From contig NZ_AP013043.1 of NCBI RefSeq assembly GCF_016592615.1, positions 990,001 through 1,022,000 on the forward strand: DNA of 32,000 nucleotides. Direction: 5' to 3'. Below the pieces are notes generated by a model. That model did no database searches and had not been told where the DNA came from. It saw only the letters and a program-made list of their open reading frames with translations. Every line of letters begins with the position of its first letter. Position 1 is the stretch's first letter. Shown here in pieces: positions 7,467 through 18,564 of this stretch. The stretch is from Isorropodon fossajaponicum endosymbiont JTNG4. Lineage in GTDB: Bacteria > Pseudomonadota > Gammaproteobacteria > PS1 > Pseudothioglobaceae. The position numbers were made by a program, and so were the translations under genes.

Positions 7467-9584
7467 TTATTTAGCTGGTACAAACACCATCTGTCTATCG
7501 TCAAGATTAACAGAAGCGACTTGAATTTTAATGGTATCGCCTAGTTGATAAACTTTGCCAGTACGTTCGCCTTTGAGTTGATGGTGAATGTCATCAAAAA
7601 TATAATAGTCATCTTTCATGTCACGCATGGCAATCATGCCTTCGACAAATACGTCGGTGAGCTCGATAAAGATACCAAAACCAGCAACGCCAGAAATAAC
7701 ACCATTAAAGGTATCGCCTACTTTGTCGCGCATGTATTCACATTTTAGCCATTGTTCAACATCGCGTGAGGCGTCGTCTGCTCGGCGTTCGGTCATAGAT
7801 AAGTGCGCGCCAATTTCAGGCATTTTTTTGCTGGGTTTTCTGCTCTTTTTGTCTAAAACGCGTTTAATAGCGCGATGTACCAAAAGATCAGGATAACGCC
7901 TGATGGGTGAGGTGAAATGGGTGTAGTCTTCAAATGCCAAGCCAAAGTGTCCTTCGTTGGCAGGAGTGTAAACGGCTTGTTTCATGGTGTGTAAAACAAC
8001 GGTTTTAATGATGTTTTCATCGTCTCTGCCTTTGGCACTTTCAAGTACTTTGGCAAAGTCTTTAGAATCTGGTTGCGCACCACCTTCAAGTGTTAAGCCA
8101 ATGGCAGTTAAAAATTGGCGAGTGACCTCTGCTTTTTCTGCCGTGGGTTTGGGATGAATTCGGTATAAAAAGTCCTCATTATGATGGTTTAAAAATTTAG
8201 CACTTGATTGATTGGCCATTAACATGCACTCTTCAATCAGCTTGTGAGCATCGTTGCGAGAGCGGGCAACAATATTATCAATTTTGCCGTTATCATTAAA
8301 TAAAATTTGTGATTCGATGCGATCAAAATCCATGACCCCACGCTTAATTCTGGCGTGCTTAAGGGCTTTGTATAAATCATACAATGCGTTTAAATTATCC
8401 ATCACTGATGTGTACTGTTGAGTCAAGTCGACATCATGGTGTTCTAAAATTTGGTTCACCTTGGTGTAGGTTAATCGTGCGTGTGAGAACATAACGGCAG
8501 GATAAAACTTATAATCCAACAATTTGCCATGAGTATCAATATTCATCTCACAAGTCATGCACAAGCGCTCAACATCAGGGTTAATTGAACATAGGCCGTT
8601 TGACAAAGCCTCAGGTAACATTGGTACAACGCGGCGTGGAAAATATACCGAATTGCCACGATCTGTGGCATCTTTGTCTAAGTCTGAGCCTTCTTTTACG
8701 TAGTGTGATACATCGGCAATAGCAACAACCAATTTCCAGCCTTTGCTGGTGGCTTGTGCGTAAACGGCATCGTCAAAATCGCGAGAATCTTCACCATCAA
8801 TCGTCACTAATCTCATTTTAGTGATGTCAATTCGACCTTTTTTATCGCTATCGGTTACTGTGCTTGGTAATTTATCGGTTTGCACAAGTGCTTCGGGTGA
8901 AAAATCAACTGGAATGCCATTGCGATAAAGGGCGGAATCTGTTTCTACGCCTTCATCCATGTAGCTGCCTAAAATTTGGACAATTTCGCCCACTGCTTGG
9001 CTTTCTAGAGTTGGGGACTTGGTGATTTTAACAATCACAATTTGCTCATCAAGATGTTCTTTATTAATATTTGAAATATTAATATTATGCTTAATACGCT
9101 TATCGTCAACCACAACATAAGCTTCTTCTTTTTCAAGATGTAGGCGCCCTACTACAGTTTCAATACTTTTGATAACTTTAACAATTTGTGCATCACCGCG
9201 CTGGTTAAGCAAGCGTGCTTTAACTCGGTCGCCATGAAAAACCAATTGCATTTGCTTTGATGATAGTCTTAAATCTTTACCACCTTCATCTAATGCAATA
9301 AAACCAAAGCCTTTTGGATTGGCAATTACTGTACCAGTCATCACCCCACTTTTTGCACTAAACTTGTGATACACGCCACGCTGATCACAATTTAGCTGTT
9401 GGTCACGAACCATGGCCTTAAGGCGGTGCGTTAAGGGTTTTTTTTGATGGTGGTCAATGGCCAACAAATCGTATAATTCATGTAACTTATGTGATTTTTT
9501 TTCAAAAAAACTAAGGATATGCTCTCTTGAAGGAATTGGGTTATCGTATTTTTCTGACTCTCTTTTATAATGGGGATCTGACAT
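7467..9584 (-). CDS. rnr: Ribonuclease R
   Basis: The 705-aa ORF has a cold-shock-like N-terminal region (GFGFIALDEGG). The RNB catalytic block is DGEDSRDFDDAVYA. A C-terminal S1 domain is present (GVISGVAGFGIFIEL). Confidence 0.95.
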   Translation of the reverse strand: MSDPHYKRESEKYDNPIPSREHILSFFEKKSHKLHELYDLLAIDHHQKKPLTHRLKAMVRDQQLNCDQRGVYHKFSAKSGVMTGTVIANPKGFGFIALDEGGKDLRLSSKQMQLVFHGDRVKARLLNQRGDAQIVKVIKSIETVVGRLHLEKEEAYVVVDDKRIKHNINISNINKEHLDEQIVIVKITKSPTLESQAVGEIVQILGSYMDEGVETDSALYRNGIPVDFSPEALVQTDKLPSTVTDSDKKGRIDITKMRLVTIDGEDSRDFDDAVYAQATSKGWKLVVAIADVSHYVKEGSDLDKDATDRGNSVYFPRRVVPMLPEALSNGLCSINPDVERLCMTCEMNIDTHGKLLDYKFYPAVMFSHARLTYTKVNQILEHHDVDLTQQYTSVMDNLNALYDLYKALKHARIKRGVMDFDRIESQILFNDNGKIDNIVARSRNDAHKLIEECMLMANQSSAKFLNHHNEDFLYRIHPKPTAEKAEVTRQFLTAIGLTLEGGAQPDSKDFAKVLESAKGRDDENIIKTVVLHTMKQAVYTPANEGHFGLAFEDYTHFTSPIRRYPDLLVHRAIKRVLDKKSRKPSKKMPEIGAHLSMTERRADDASRDVEQWLKCEYMRDKVGDTFNGVISGVAGFGIFIELTDVFVEGMIAMRDMKDDYYIFDDIHHQLKGERTGKVYQLGDTIKIQVASVNLDDRQMVFVPAK

Positions 9585-9588
9585 TTAA

Positions 9589-10917
<1,329 letters not shown>

Positions 10918-10960
10918 CTATACTAATGTTTTTTAAAATAAATTTACTCAAAGTCATTTA

Positions 10961-11917
10961 CTAAAAATGACTTTGAGATAAAAATTTCAAATCAAATGAA
11001 AAACCAGTGGCTGCTCTTGATTTGCCAAAAGACTTGCCAATACCATTATAACGACCACCTTGTGCCAATGCTTTAGAGTAGTTTTCGTTATAAGCTGAAA
11101 ACACAATGCCGGTGTGATACTCATGAACTTGCAATTCACTAAGGTCAAAAATGGCTTTAATACCTTTGGCATTAAGTTGTTTATCAATGGCAATTAAATC
11201 TTCAATGGCTACCTTGGCTTGATCAAGATGGCTAAATATTGTCAATGCCTCGCTTAAAATATCCGAACCCCCCTCTAGTTTTATCAAACGAATAAATAAA
11301 TCAGCATTTTTAAGCGCATTATTGTTTAAAAATACTGATAAATCTGGGGTTGAACGGTGTGAAAAAATTGCTCGTAATTGTACAACAGTCTGTATTGAAA
11401 TGTCCTCTTGTACTATCAGTGCATCAAAAATTGCAACATTGCCCAAACTAAGTACGATTGGATCAATTGATAATAACCTTAAGCTTTCCTGCATTAGCTC
11501 AATCACTTCAACATCAGCACTAATTTCATTTGATCCATATAATTCAGCACCCGCTTGAATAGGAGAGCGCGAGGCGTAAAAATCATCCGCCTTAGTTTTT
11601 AGGATTGAATTGATATAACAATATTTTTCAACTGAATTACTGCCACGTTTGGCATCAATGCGTGCAATTTGTGGGGTGATATCAGCATGCACACCTAACA
11701 TCTTGCCACTGATAGGATCTAATAATTTAAAGGTTTTCTCATCAATAGCATCACTGGTTAGCAGTAGTGAATTAACATGCTCCACCATAGGTGGAATGAC
11801 CAGACCAAAACCCTTATCAGCGTATAAGTCTAAAAGCCGACGGCGCAGAGATTCAAAAACTAATGCTTGATCGTTAGTGAATTCATCTATGCCTTCAGGT
11901 AGTTGCCATGCCCCCAT
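10961..11917 (-). CDS. hisZ: ATP phosphoribosyltransferase regulatory subunit HisZ
   Basis: It has a class-II aaRS-like HisZ pattern: WQLPEGIDE, LRRRLLDLYADKGFGLVIPPMVE, HADITPQIARIDA and GGRYNGIGKSFGKSRAATGFSFDL. Its position between hflC and purA is typical. Confidence 0.85.
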   Translation of the reverse strand: MGAWQLPEGIDEFTNDQALVFESLRRRLLDLYADKGFGLVIPPMVEHVNSLLLTSDAIDEKTFKLLDPISGKMLGVHADITPQIARIDAKRGSNSVEKYCYINSILKTKADDFYASRSPIQAGAELYGSNEISADVEVIELMQESLRLLSIDPIVLSLGNVAIFDALIVQEDISIQTVVQLRAIFSHRSTPDLSVFLNNNALKNADLFIRLIKLEGGSDILSEALTIFSHLDQAKVAIEDLIAIDKQLNAKGIKAIFDLSELQVHEYHTGIVFSAYNENYSKALAQGGRYNGIGKSFGKSRAATGFSFDLKFLSQSHF

Positions 11918-11922
11918 TTTAA

Positions 11923-12780
11923 TTATTTAATGGGCGGGTTGAAGTGACGGAAAAATTCCGTGTTTGGATCGAGTACTAAAATATTGTTTTGATTGGAAAA
12001 TGACTTTTTATATGACTCTAGCGCACGATAAAAAGCGTAAAAATCTGTGTTCTTATTATAGGCTTGTGCGTAGTTATTTGCACTAACCGCATCGCCCTCA
12101 CCTCGAATCTTCTCAGAATCACGATAAGCATTTGCTAAAATAATGGTACGTTTTTTGTCAGCTGCCGCTCTGATGATTTCAGCCTCTTCTGCACCTTTGG
12201 ATCTAAACTCTTTAGCCACTCGTTGGCGCTCTGCCTGCATACGACGATAAACCGAATTAGACACCTCTTGTGATAAATCAATTCGCTTAATACGCACGTC
12301 AATAATTTCAATACCAAATTGAGCAATGTCTTTTTTAGCAAGCCTGACAATATTGGACATGATTTCACTACGTTCGCCAGAAACTACATCAGCAATCGTA
12401 CGTTTTGAAAATTCACTTTTAAGACCAGTTTTAATAATCTGTGTTAAACGATTATTAGTTCTTGCTATATTACCACCCGTTGATTTGTAGAACTGCTCAG
12501 CATCAATAATGCGCCATTTAACATAAGAATCAACAATGACGTTTTTCTTCTCACCTGTTAAAAACCGCTCGGCTGGTGCATCCAAAGTTTGAATACGATT
12601 GTCAAATTTTACAATATTATTAACAAATGGCATTTTGAATTTAAGGCCTGGAGCTTTCTCAACAGTGACAATTTCACCTAAACGTAATTTAATAACGGTT
12701 TGGGTCTCGTTAACTGTGTAAAGTGTTGAACTTAATACTAAGAATAAAACAGCAATTATTGCTAAACCTATTTTTTGCAT
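11923..12780 (-). CDS. hflC: FtsH protease modulator HflC
   Basis: It has an N-terminal TM helix followed by an SPFH/band-7 domain. The start overlaps the hflK stop (TAATG). It sits in the hflK-hflC pair. Confidence 0.92.
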   Translation of the reverse strand: MQKIGLAIIAVLFLVLSSTLYTVNETQTVIKLRLGEIVTVEKAPGLKFKMPFVNNIVKFDNRIQTLDAPAERFLTGEKKNVIVDSYVKWRIIDAEQFYKSTGGNIARTNNRLTQIIKTGLKSEFSKRTIADVVSGERSEIMSNIVRLAKKDIAQFGIEIIDVRIKRIDLSQEVSNSVYRRMQAERQRVAKEFRSKGAEEAEIIRAAADKKRTIILANAYRDSEKIRGEGDAVSANNYAQAYNKNTDFYAFYRALESYKKSFSNQNNILVLDPNTEFFRHFNPPIK

Positions 12781-13952
12781 TATCTACCTCCTCTATTGCG
12801 GAAAATGTCTCTAACATTACCACCTTGATTGTTTTGTCGTATTGATGATTCTTGAGTCGTAGTCGTAACTTGGGTATTTGCTTGTCTAGCATTAATCAGT
12901 TTGTCAATAGGCAAGTACATCATACTATTAGCCTTAGAATCGACCACTACCTTACTGGTAGAGGCCAGTACATTTTCCATGGTTTCGCGATATAAACGTT
13001 CCCTAGTAACTTCAGGTGCTTTTTCATACTCGGCTAAAATTTGCTTAAAGCGTGATGCCTCACCTTCTGATTTAGAAACCACTTCAGATTTATAAGCCTT
13101 TGACTCCTCAAGCATACGCGCAGCTTTACCGCGAGATTTTGGCAAAATATCATTGGCATAAGTTTGTGCTTCGTTAATCAAACGTTGTTTGTCTTCACGA
13201 GCTTTAACTGCATCAGAAAAGGCAGATTGCACCTGCTCTGGTGGCTGTGCATCTTGCATATTAACGGTTGTTATCAACAAGCCAGTTTTATATCTGTTGA
13301 GTAAACTTTGAGATTTTTCTTTAATATCATCAGCGATATTCACTCGACCCTCAGTTAAGATGTAGTCCATAGTATTTTGACCAACAACTTGTCGAATAGC
13401 ACTTTCAGAGACGTGGCGAAGTGTCATGTCTGGATTGGCAACATTAAATAAATAGGCTTGAACATCATTGATTTTATATTGAACCGCAAACTTAGCTTCA
13501 ATCATATTTTCATCTTTAGTCAGCATTAAAGATTCGGATGAAACATTACCGCCAAAGCGTCGATTGCCGTTAATCACATTACGATAACCAATTTCAGATG
13601 TTCTAATTTGTTCAACATTAACTCTATTTAAAGTTTCAATCGGATAAGGGATGTGCCAATGAGGTCCTTGAGAAGTTTCTTCTTGGAATGCACCAAAGCG
13701 TAGCACAACGCCTTTTTCAGCTGGATCGATAATATAAATACCTGACAACAGCCAGACTAATAGAACCAAAATTAATATATATTTAAAGCCACCACTTGAG
13801 GGTATTTTGGATGTGCCAGCACCTGATGATTTTTTATTATTAAAGAAGCCATCAAATTTATTTTTAAAGTCTTTAATCACTTCCTCTAATTCTGGTGGTG
13901 TTTGATTACTACCAGCCCAAGGGTTTTTATTGTTGTTGTCATTCCAAGCCAT
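12780..13952 (-). CDS. hflK: FtsH protease modulator HflK
   Basis: I preferred the ATG at 13952 (MAWNDNNNKNPW, the typical HflK N-terminus) over the TTG at 14003 used by the ORF track. It has a TM helix, an SPFH domain and a coiled C-terminal region. Confidence 0.9.
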   Translation of the reverse strand: MAWNDNNNKNPWAGSNQTPPELEEVIKDFKNKFDGFFNNKKSSGAGTSKIPSSGGFKYILILVLLVWLLSGIYIIDPAEKGVVLRFGAFQEETSQGPHWHIPYPIETLNRVNVEQIRTSEIGYRNVINGNRRFGGNVSSESLMLTKDENMIEAKFAVQYKINDVQAYLFNVANPDMTLRHVSESAIRQVVGQNTMDYILTEGRVNIADDIKEKSQSLLNRYKTGLLITTVNMQDAQPPEQVQSAFSDAVKAREDKQRLINEAQTYANDILPKSRGKAARMLEESKAYKSEVVSKSEGEASRFKQILAEYEKAPEVTRERLYRETMENVLASTSKVVVDSKANSMMYLPIDKLINARQANTQVTTTTQESSIRQNNQGGNVRDIFRNRGGR

Positions 13953-14080
13953 TTTATTTACGTGTGTCCAAATTATAGTGAAAATCGGAGTTATTTTACC
14001 CAAACTAAAGCAAGCCTATGTAATTAATAAGCGGTATATTAATGTTAAAATAGCAAAATTTGAGAAAATATACAACCATC

Positions 14081-16288
14081 ATGAAAAAGCAATTAGCTCT
14101 TTATTCATTATTCACCCTACTATCTAGCACTATTAGCGCCGAAAGCTTAGTGTTAAACTGCCAAAACAATGCCTTACTTTTTCCGAAACAAATCCTTTCA
14201 GACAAAACCAAAGATCTTGATGTTCAAGCAGATTATAGTGAAGTTGTTAAAGGCGGTAATTATCTTTTAAAAGGCAATGTTTCACTAAATTCAAGCGCAT
14301 ATTTTCTAAGTGCTGACGAAATCAGTATTAACAAGTCTAGTAAAATATCTAGCTCAACTGGCCATGTTAAATTTCAAGACAACGAACTTATGCTAATTGG
14401 TGATAAGGCTGTGGTTGAAAAACAAGGCGAAGTAACTCATACAACACTAAATCAGGTCAAATTTCATTACCCTAATTCAAGGATAAATGGTCGTGCTCAA
14501 GTTGTGACTAATGATGGCACTAAGCAAGTATTTAGCTCAGGTAGCTACAGTTTATGCCCGCTTGGTAATTCTGACTGGCAAATGAAGGCTGACAAAATCA
14601 CATTAAATTCTTCAACAAACAAGGGCGTAGCAGAAAATGTTATTATTGAGTTTTTAGGGATGCCTATTTTTTATTCTCCCCATCATGAATGGGCATTGGA
14701 AGGTCGTGGTTCTGGATTTTTAGCGCCGGCATTTGGTAGTTACAATGAATCAGGTGTTAATAAGGACAACAACTACCAAGTTAGAATTCCTTATTACTTT
14801 AATATTGCTCCTGATCGCGATTTTCTTTTAACACTTAACCAGCTGTCAAGTCGTGGCAGTGTACTTGAAGGCAAATATCGTCAACTTATTACTAATAATA
14901 ACTATCTAGGTGATGGGCATTTTGAAATTGAAGGTCATTATTTAAACAAAGATAAAATTACCAACAATAGGCGCTGGCTATTAAATTCAAAATTAGACTT
15001 ATCACTTAATGCCAAAACTGATTTAAGCATTGTTACCAATCGAGTGTCAGATTCGGATTATTTTAAAGAAATTGCGCACAGTAATACTTCGGATTCAGAA
15101 TTACAATCTCATGTTAATTTATCTTACCAAGATCAAAAGCAAAATTTAACAATGTCTTTATTTTCTGAGTCAGAGCAACTTATTAATAATGGCAGTGCCT
15201 CGTACACGCGCGCACCAGAATTATCTATTAACAAAGGCTATAAAGGCTTAGGTGGACGTCATGTTAATTTATCATTGGTTAGTACAAAATTTACACACAA
15301 AAACTCAAATACCACAGCCAACAAAACTGGAGTGCGCACTTACGCACAGGCAAAATTTAGCCGCTCATTAAGGACTAATAACTATTCGCTCACCCCAAGT
15401 TTGAATTTATCGATGACCGATTACACAATGGATGATGTTGCTAATCAAAAGCGTAATATTGCTAGTTTTAACCTTGATTCTAAATTATTTTTAGAAAGGA
15501 AAATATCCTCATTTGGTACGAATTTAACCCAAACTCTAACCCCAAGACTGGCTTACAATTACACACCTAAAAAAGACCAAAGCGCACTGCCTAATTTTGA
15601 TTCAGATGATAAAAATGACTCATATGAAGGTCTGTTTTCAGGGCAAAAATTCACAGGTATTGATAGAATTGCCAGTGCCAACGATCTTACCTTTGGCCTT
15701 GAATCAGATTTTATCGATGAAGAAACGGGTGATACTTATTTAAGTTTAAAAATGGCTCAAGCATACCGATTTGATGACATAGGTATGAACAGCAATGGCG
15801 CCTTAGTTAGTCAAAGAAAATATTCTGATATTACCATGTCGACTAATTTAACGATGCGTGACTTTTCTTTTAATAATTCATTGCAATACAATCCAAAAAC
15901 CAACAAAATAAGTAAGCGCAATAGTTCGGTTAGCTACATTCTAAACCCTAGAAGGTTTTTAACTTTAGCGCATCATGATGATAACGGCAAAAAATCAGCT
16001 GAATTATATGGCGCCTATCCACTAACGAAGAAAATACATGTGTTTGCTGGCATTAATCGATCCATTAGTGATTCAATTTCTAACAAAGAAACCACAGGCA
16101 TTACTTATGAATCTTGCTGTTGGGCGGTGCGTTTAGCACACTTTAAAGAACATGTTAGTGGCAATGACTATGATTATGTGACCAAGTTTGAGTTAGTGCT
16201 CAAAGGATTGGCCACTACCTCTTCAAGCTTATACAAACGCCTAGAAGAAAACGTACCTAATTACTTAGCCAACCTTGATGATTTTTAA
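14081..16288 (+). CDS. lptD: LPS-assembly outer-membrane protein LptD
   Basis: I preferred the ATG at 14081 (MKKQLALYSLFTLLSSTISA signal peptide) over the TTG at 14060. It has an OstA-like N-terminal domain and a large beta-barrel-like region rich in aromatic/Gly alternation. surA follows immediately. Confidence 0.9.
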   Translation: MKKQLALYSLFTLLSSTISAESLVLNCQNNALLFPKQILSDKTKDLDVQADYSEVVKGGNYLLKGNVSLNSSAYFLSADEISINKSSKISSSTGHVKFQDNELMLIGDKAVVEKQGEVTHTTLNQVKFHYPNSRINGRAQVVTNDGTKQVFSSGSYSLCPLGNSDWQMKADKITLNSSTNKGVAENVIIEFLGMPIFYSPHHEWALEGRGSGFLAPAFGSYNESGVNKDNNYQVRIPYYFNIAPDRDFLLTLNQLSSRGSVLEGKYRQLITNNNYLGDGHFEIEGHYLNKDKITNNRRWLLNSKLDLSLNAKTDLSIVTNRVSDSDYFKEIAHSNTSDSELQSHVNLSYQDQKQNLTMSLFSESEQLINNGSASYTRAPELSINKGYKGLGGRHVNLSLVSTKFTHKNSNTTANKTGVRTYAQAKFSRSLRTNNYSLTPSLNLSMTDYTMDDVANQKRNIASFNLDSKLFLERKISSFGTNLTQTLTPRLAYNYTPKKDQSALPNFDSDDKNDSYEGLFSGQKFTGIDRIASANDLTFGLESDFIDEETGDTYLSLKMAQAYRFDDIGMNSNGALVSQRKYSDITMSTNLTMRDFSFNNSLQYNPKTNKISKRNSSVSYILNPRRFLTLAHHDDNGKKSAELYGAYPLTKKIHVFAGINRSISDSISNKETTGITYESCCWAVRLAHFKEHVSGNDYDYVTKFELVLKGLATTSSSLYKRLEENVPNYLANLDDF

Positions 16289-16289
16289 A

Positions 16290-17186
16290 ATGAAAAAAAC
16301 TTTACTACTAATCTGTGCATTTTCATTGAATGTATTTGCCACACCTAACAGTATTATTGCTATTGTTAATGATGATTTGGTCACTTTTGACCAAATTAGC
16401 GCTAACATTAAACCTAACCATACCAAAGTACAAAAATTAGCCTTGGTCAATCAAAAAATAGACTTAATTTTGCAATTACAAAAAATTAAGCAACTAAACA
16501 TTACGCCAAAAGCAAATGCAATTAATAGTATGTTAAGCAACATTGCCTCAAATAATGATTTAAGCTTAATGCAATTACAGTCTCTACCTAATTTTGATGA
16601 AATTATTGACCATGTAAAACAGAGTTTATCGCTAGAAGGTCTTAGACAATTTATTGTTGAAAATCTTGATACTAAGCTTACTGAGACTGAAGTAACTAAG
16701 CAATTACTTAAAACCCCTAATCATTCAAACAAGTTAGAGCAACAAATAAAAATTGCACAAATCACCGTTAATTCTATTGATCAAGCAGACTCATTGTTGC
16801 GGTCAAAAGATGGTTTGATTAAAGACTTCTTAATTGACTTAAGCGAAAAAATTAACAAAGGTGATTCATTTTCTACTTTAGCAAAACTTCACTCGCAGGA
16901 CGCTTCTTATAAAAATGGTGGCGAATCTGATTGGCTTAATCTATTAAAATTGCCGGAAATTTTTAAACAGAATTTAAAAGACCTTTCAGTAGGTGGTTTA
17001 TCACCACCATTTAAAATAGGACAAGTTTGGAGAATTGTTAAAATTATTGATAAGCGTAGTGTTGATAACGACTTGTTTGAACTTAAAGCTAAATTAGTAC
17101 GTCAAAAAGAAAATACCTATTTTAATGACTGGATAAAAAAATTAAGGAAAGAGGCTTATGTTGAAATTTTTGACAGTAAGCTATAG
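16290..17186 (+). CDS. surA: Periplasmic chaperone SurA, short form with a single parvulin PPIase domain
   Basis: The ATG at 16290 gives the signal peptide MKKTLLLICAFSLNVFA. It has a SurA N-terminal chaperone domain, one parvulin-like domain (FSTLAKLHSQDASYKNGGESDW...PPFKIGQVWRIVKI) and a C-terminal tail. It lies downstream of lptD. Confidence 0.8.
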   Translation: MKKTLLLICAFSLNVFATPNSIIAIVNDDLVTFDQISANIKPNHTKVQKLALVNQKIDLILQLQKIKQLNITPKANAINSMLSNIASNNDLSLMQLQSLPNFDEIIDHVKQSLSLEGLRQFIVENLDTKLTETEVTKQLLKTPNHSNKLEQQIKIAQITVNSIDQADSLLRSKDGLIKDFLIDLSEKINKGDSFSTLAKLHSQDASYKNGGESDWLNLLKLPEIFKQNLKDLSVGGLSPPFKIGQVWRIVKIIDKRSVDNDLFELKAKLVRQKENTYFNDWIKKLRKEAYVEIFDSKL

Positions 17187-17930
17187 ATGTCAAAATCAAT
17201 TATTATCACTGGCTTTCACGCTATTCAAGCACAGTTAGAGTCCAATCCTGAATGTTTTATTAAGGTTTTTACATTAAGTAAACGATGTGATAAACGCTTA
17301 AATACCCTCACCTCCGAGCTTAACAATTTTAGCATTAGTGTTCAGCAGTGTGCCAAAATCCAACTAGATAAATTAAGCAATCATCAAACCCACCAAGGCG
17401 TTGCCGCTGAAATATTATTACCCGCCCTGCCCAACCAAGGCGAATTAATCTCTTATGTGTCTAAATTGGATAATACTGGTTTAATTTTAGTACTTGATTC
17501 TATTCAAGACCCTAGAAATTTGGGTGCTTGCTTGCGTAGCGCCAACGCAGCTGGGGTTGATTGTGTGGTCATTAACAAAGATGGATCAGCACCCATTAAT
17601 GCACTGGTACACAAGACTTCCGCAGGTGCGCTGAACCAACTAAAAATTTTCCAAGTAACTAATTTATCTCGCACCATTAAAGCACTACAACAACAAAATA
17701 TTTGGGTAATTGGCTTGGATGGCTCGACCAATACCTCCATTTATCAAATAGACTTAACCACGCCAAGTGCTATTATTATAGGTGCTGAAGGCTCTGGGCT
17801 TAGAAGGTTAACCAAACAATCTTGTGACCAATTGGCTAAAATTCCCATGCAAGGCAAGGTGGAGAGTTTAAACGTGTCTGTCGCCACAGGAGTGACACTC
17901 TTTGAGATAAATAGACAGCGCCTTTTATAG
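17187..17930 (+). CDS. rlmB: 23S rRNA (guanosine-2'-O)-methyltransferase RlmB (SpoU/TrmH class)
   Basis: SpoU motifs are present: LVLDSIQDPRNLGACLRSANAAG, IIIGAEGSGLRRLT and ESLNVSVATGVTLFE. It also has an N-terminal substrate-binding domain. The ATG directly abuts the surA TAG. Confidence 0.88.
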   Translation: MSKSIIITGFHAIQAQLESNPECFIKVFTLSKRCDKRLNTLTSELNNFSISVQQCAKIQLDKLSNHQTHQGVAAEILLPALPNQGELISYVSKLDNTGLILVLDSIQDPRNLGACLRSANAAGVDCVVINKDGSAPINALVHKTSAGALNQLKIFQVTNLSRTIKALQQQNIWVIGLDGSTNTSIYQIDLTTPSAIIIGAEGSGLRRLTKQSCDQLAKIPMQGKVESLNVSVATGVTLFEINRQRLL

Positions 17931-17992
17931 GCTCAAGGTATGTGAATATTACGCACATATTTGGGTTAGCAATGATAATAATTCTTTCTGCC

Positions 17993-18282
17993 TTATATCG
18001 CTAAAACGACTAATAGGTCCAGATACGGTAAAGCCCCCACAAAATGACCATTATCAGCAATAACTGGTATTGAAATTGCAAACAAAGAAATATTATGTTC
18101 ATTAACTGAAACATAATAACCCTTATCACGAATATTTTTAAAAAAGCCGCTGGGGTCGTTTTTACGCTGACCATAGGCCAAAATTATTCGCCCTGAAGCG
18201 CCCCGATTAAGCTCTAATCTAGTGCCTTGGTCAATATTGTGACGAATTTTGTCAAAAGAATGAGCGCGATATAGACAAATAC
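17993..18282 (-). pseudogene. IclR-family transcriptional regulator, C-terminal effector-domain fragment only (HTH missing)
   Basis: ICLYRAHSFDKIRHNIDQGTRLELNRGASGRIILAY...IRDKGYYVSVNEHNISLFAISIPVIADNGHFVGAL fits the IclR C-terminal domain pattern (G.R.PL..SG...LA ... GY....E...G..AIA.PI....G..VGAL). The first ~25 codons of the listed 122-aa ORF are antisense to the aceK fragment and are not genuine. Confidence 0.6.
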
Positions 18283-18564
18283 GGCGTAACTCGACAAAAT
18301 CGAGTGGTTTTTTATGATTACGATGAAATGGCATCTGAACCTTGGTATTATGTAGGTCCAAATGATGTGTTTCTAGAAGAATTTAAAATTTTTATGTTTT
18401 CTAATCATAAAAACAGACAAATATTTAACCAGCATTATAAAAAATTACTAGATGTTAATTATTGGCAAACAATACAAAACAGTCTTAGACAAGGAAATAC
18501 TAAGGGTTATTACCCTTGCAAACCTGAAGACAGAATGTCTGAAATCTACACTATAAAACAATGA
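18265..18564 (+). pseudogene. aceK: Isocitrate dehydrogenase kinase/phosphatase AceK, 3'-terminal ~15% only
   Basis: GVTRQNRVVFYDYDEMASEPWYYVGPNDVFLEEFKIF...LLDVNYWQTIQNSLRQG matches the E. coli AceK C-terminus as I recall it (GVTRHGRVVFYDYDE...ASEPWYSVSPGDVFPEEF...YWRALQNRIREG). In-frame stops lie at 18208 and 18220. The preceding ~490 codons are absent. Confidence 0.7.

Noticed and set aside
10961-11917. hisZ is short (318 aa) compared with the ~390-aa HisZ of pseudomonads, so it could be truncated.
   Set aside because: Both the N-terminal (WQLPEGI...) and C-terminal (GGRYN...ATGFSFDL) conserved blocks are present in one frame. It looks compact rather than broken.
14003-14080. N-terminal extensions implied by the ORF track. 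These are the TTG starts for hflK at 14003, lptD at 14060 and surA at 16275, the extra 23 codons on the adaptor at 30590, and the lipA start at 24580.
   Set aside because: Internal ATGs give canonical N-termini: MAWN for HflK, and signal peptides for LptD, SurA and the adaptor. They also avoid long overlaps. The extensions are artefacts of longest-ORF calling.
16290-17186. surA is about 130 aa shorter than E. coli SurA, so it could be a pseudogene.
   Set aside because: The frame is continuous, with a signal peptide, a chaperone domain, one complete parvulin domain and a C-terminal tail. Single-PPIase SurA forms are known in small genomes.
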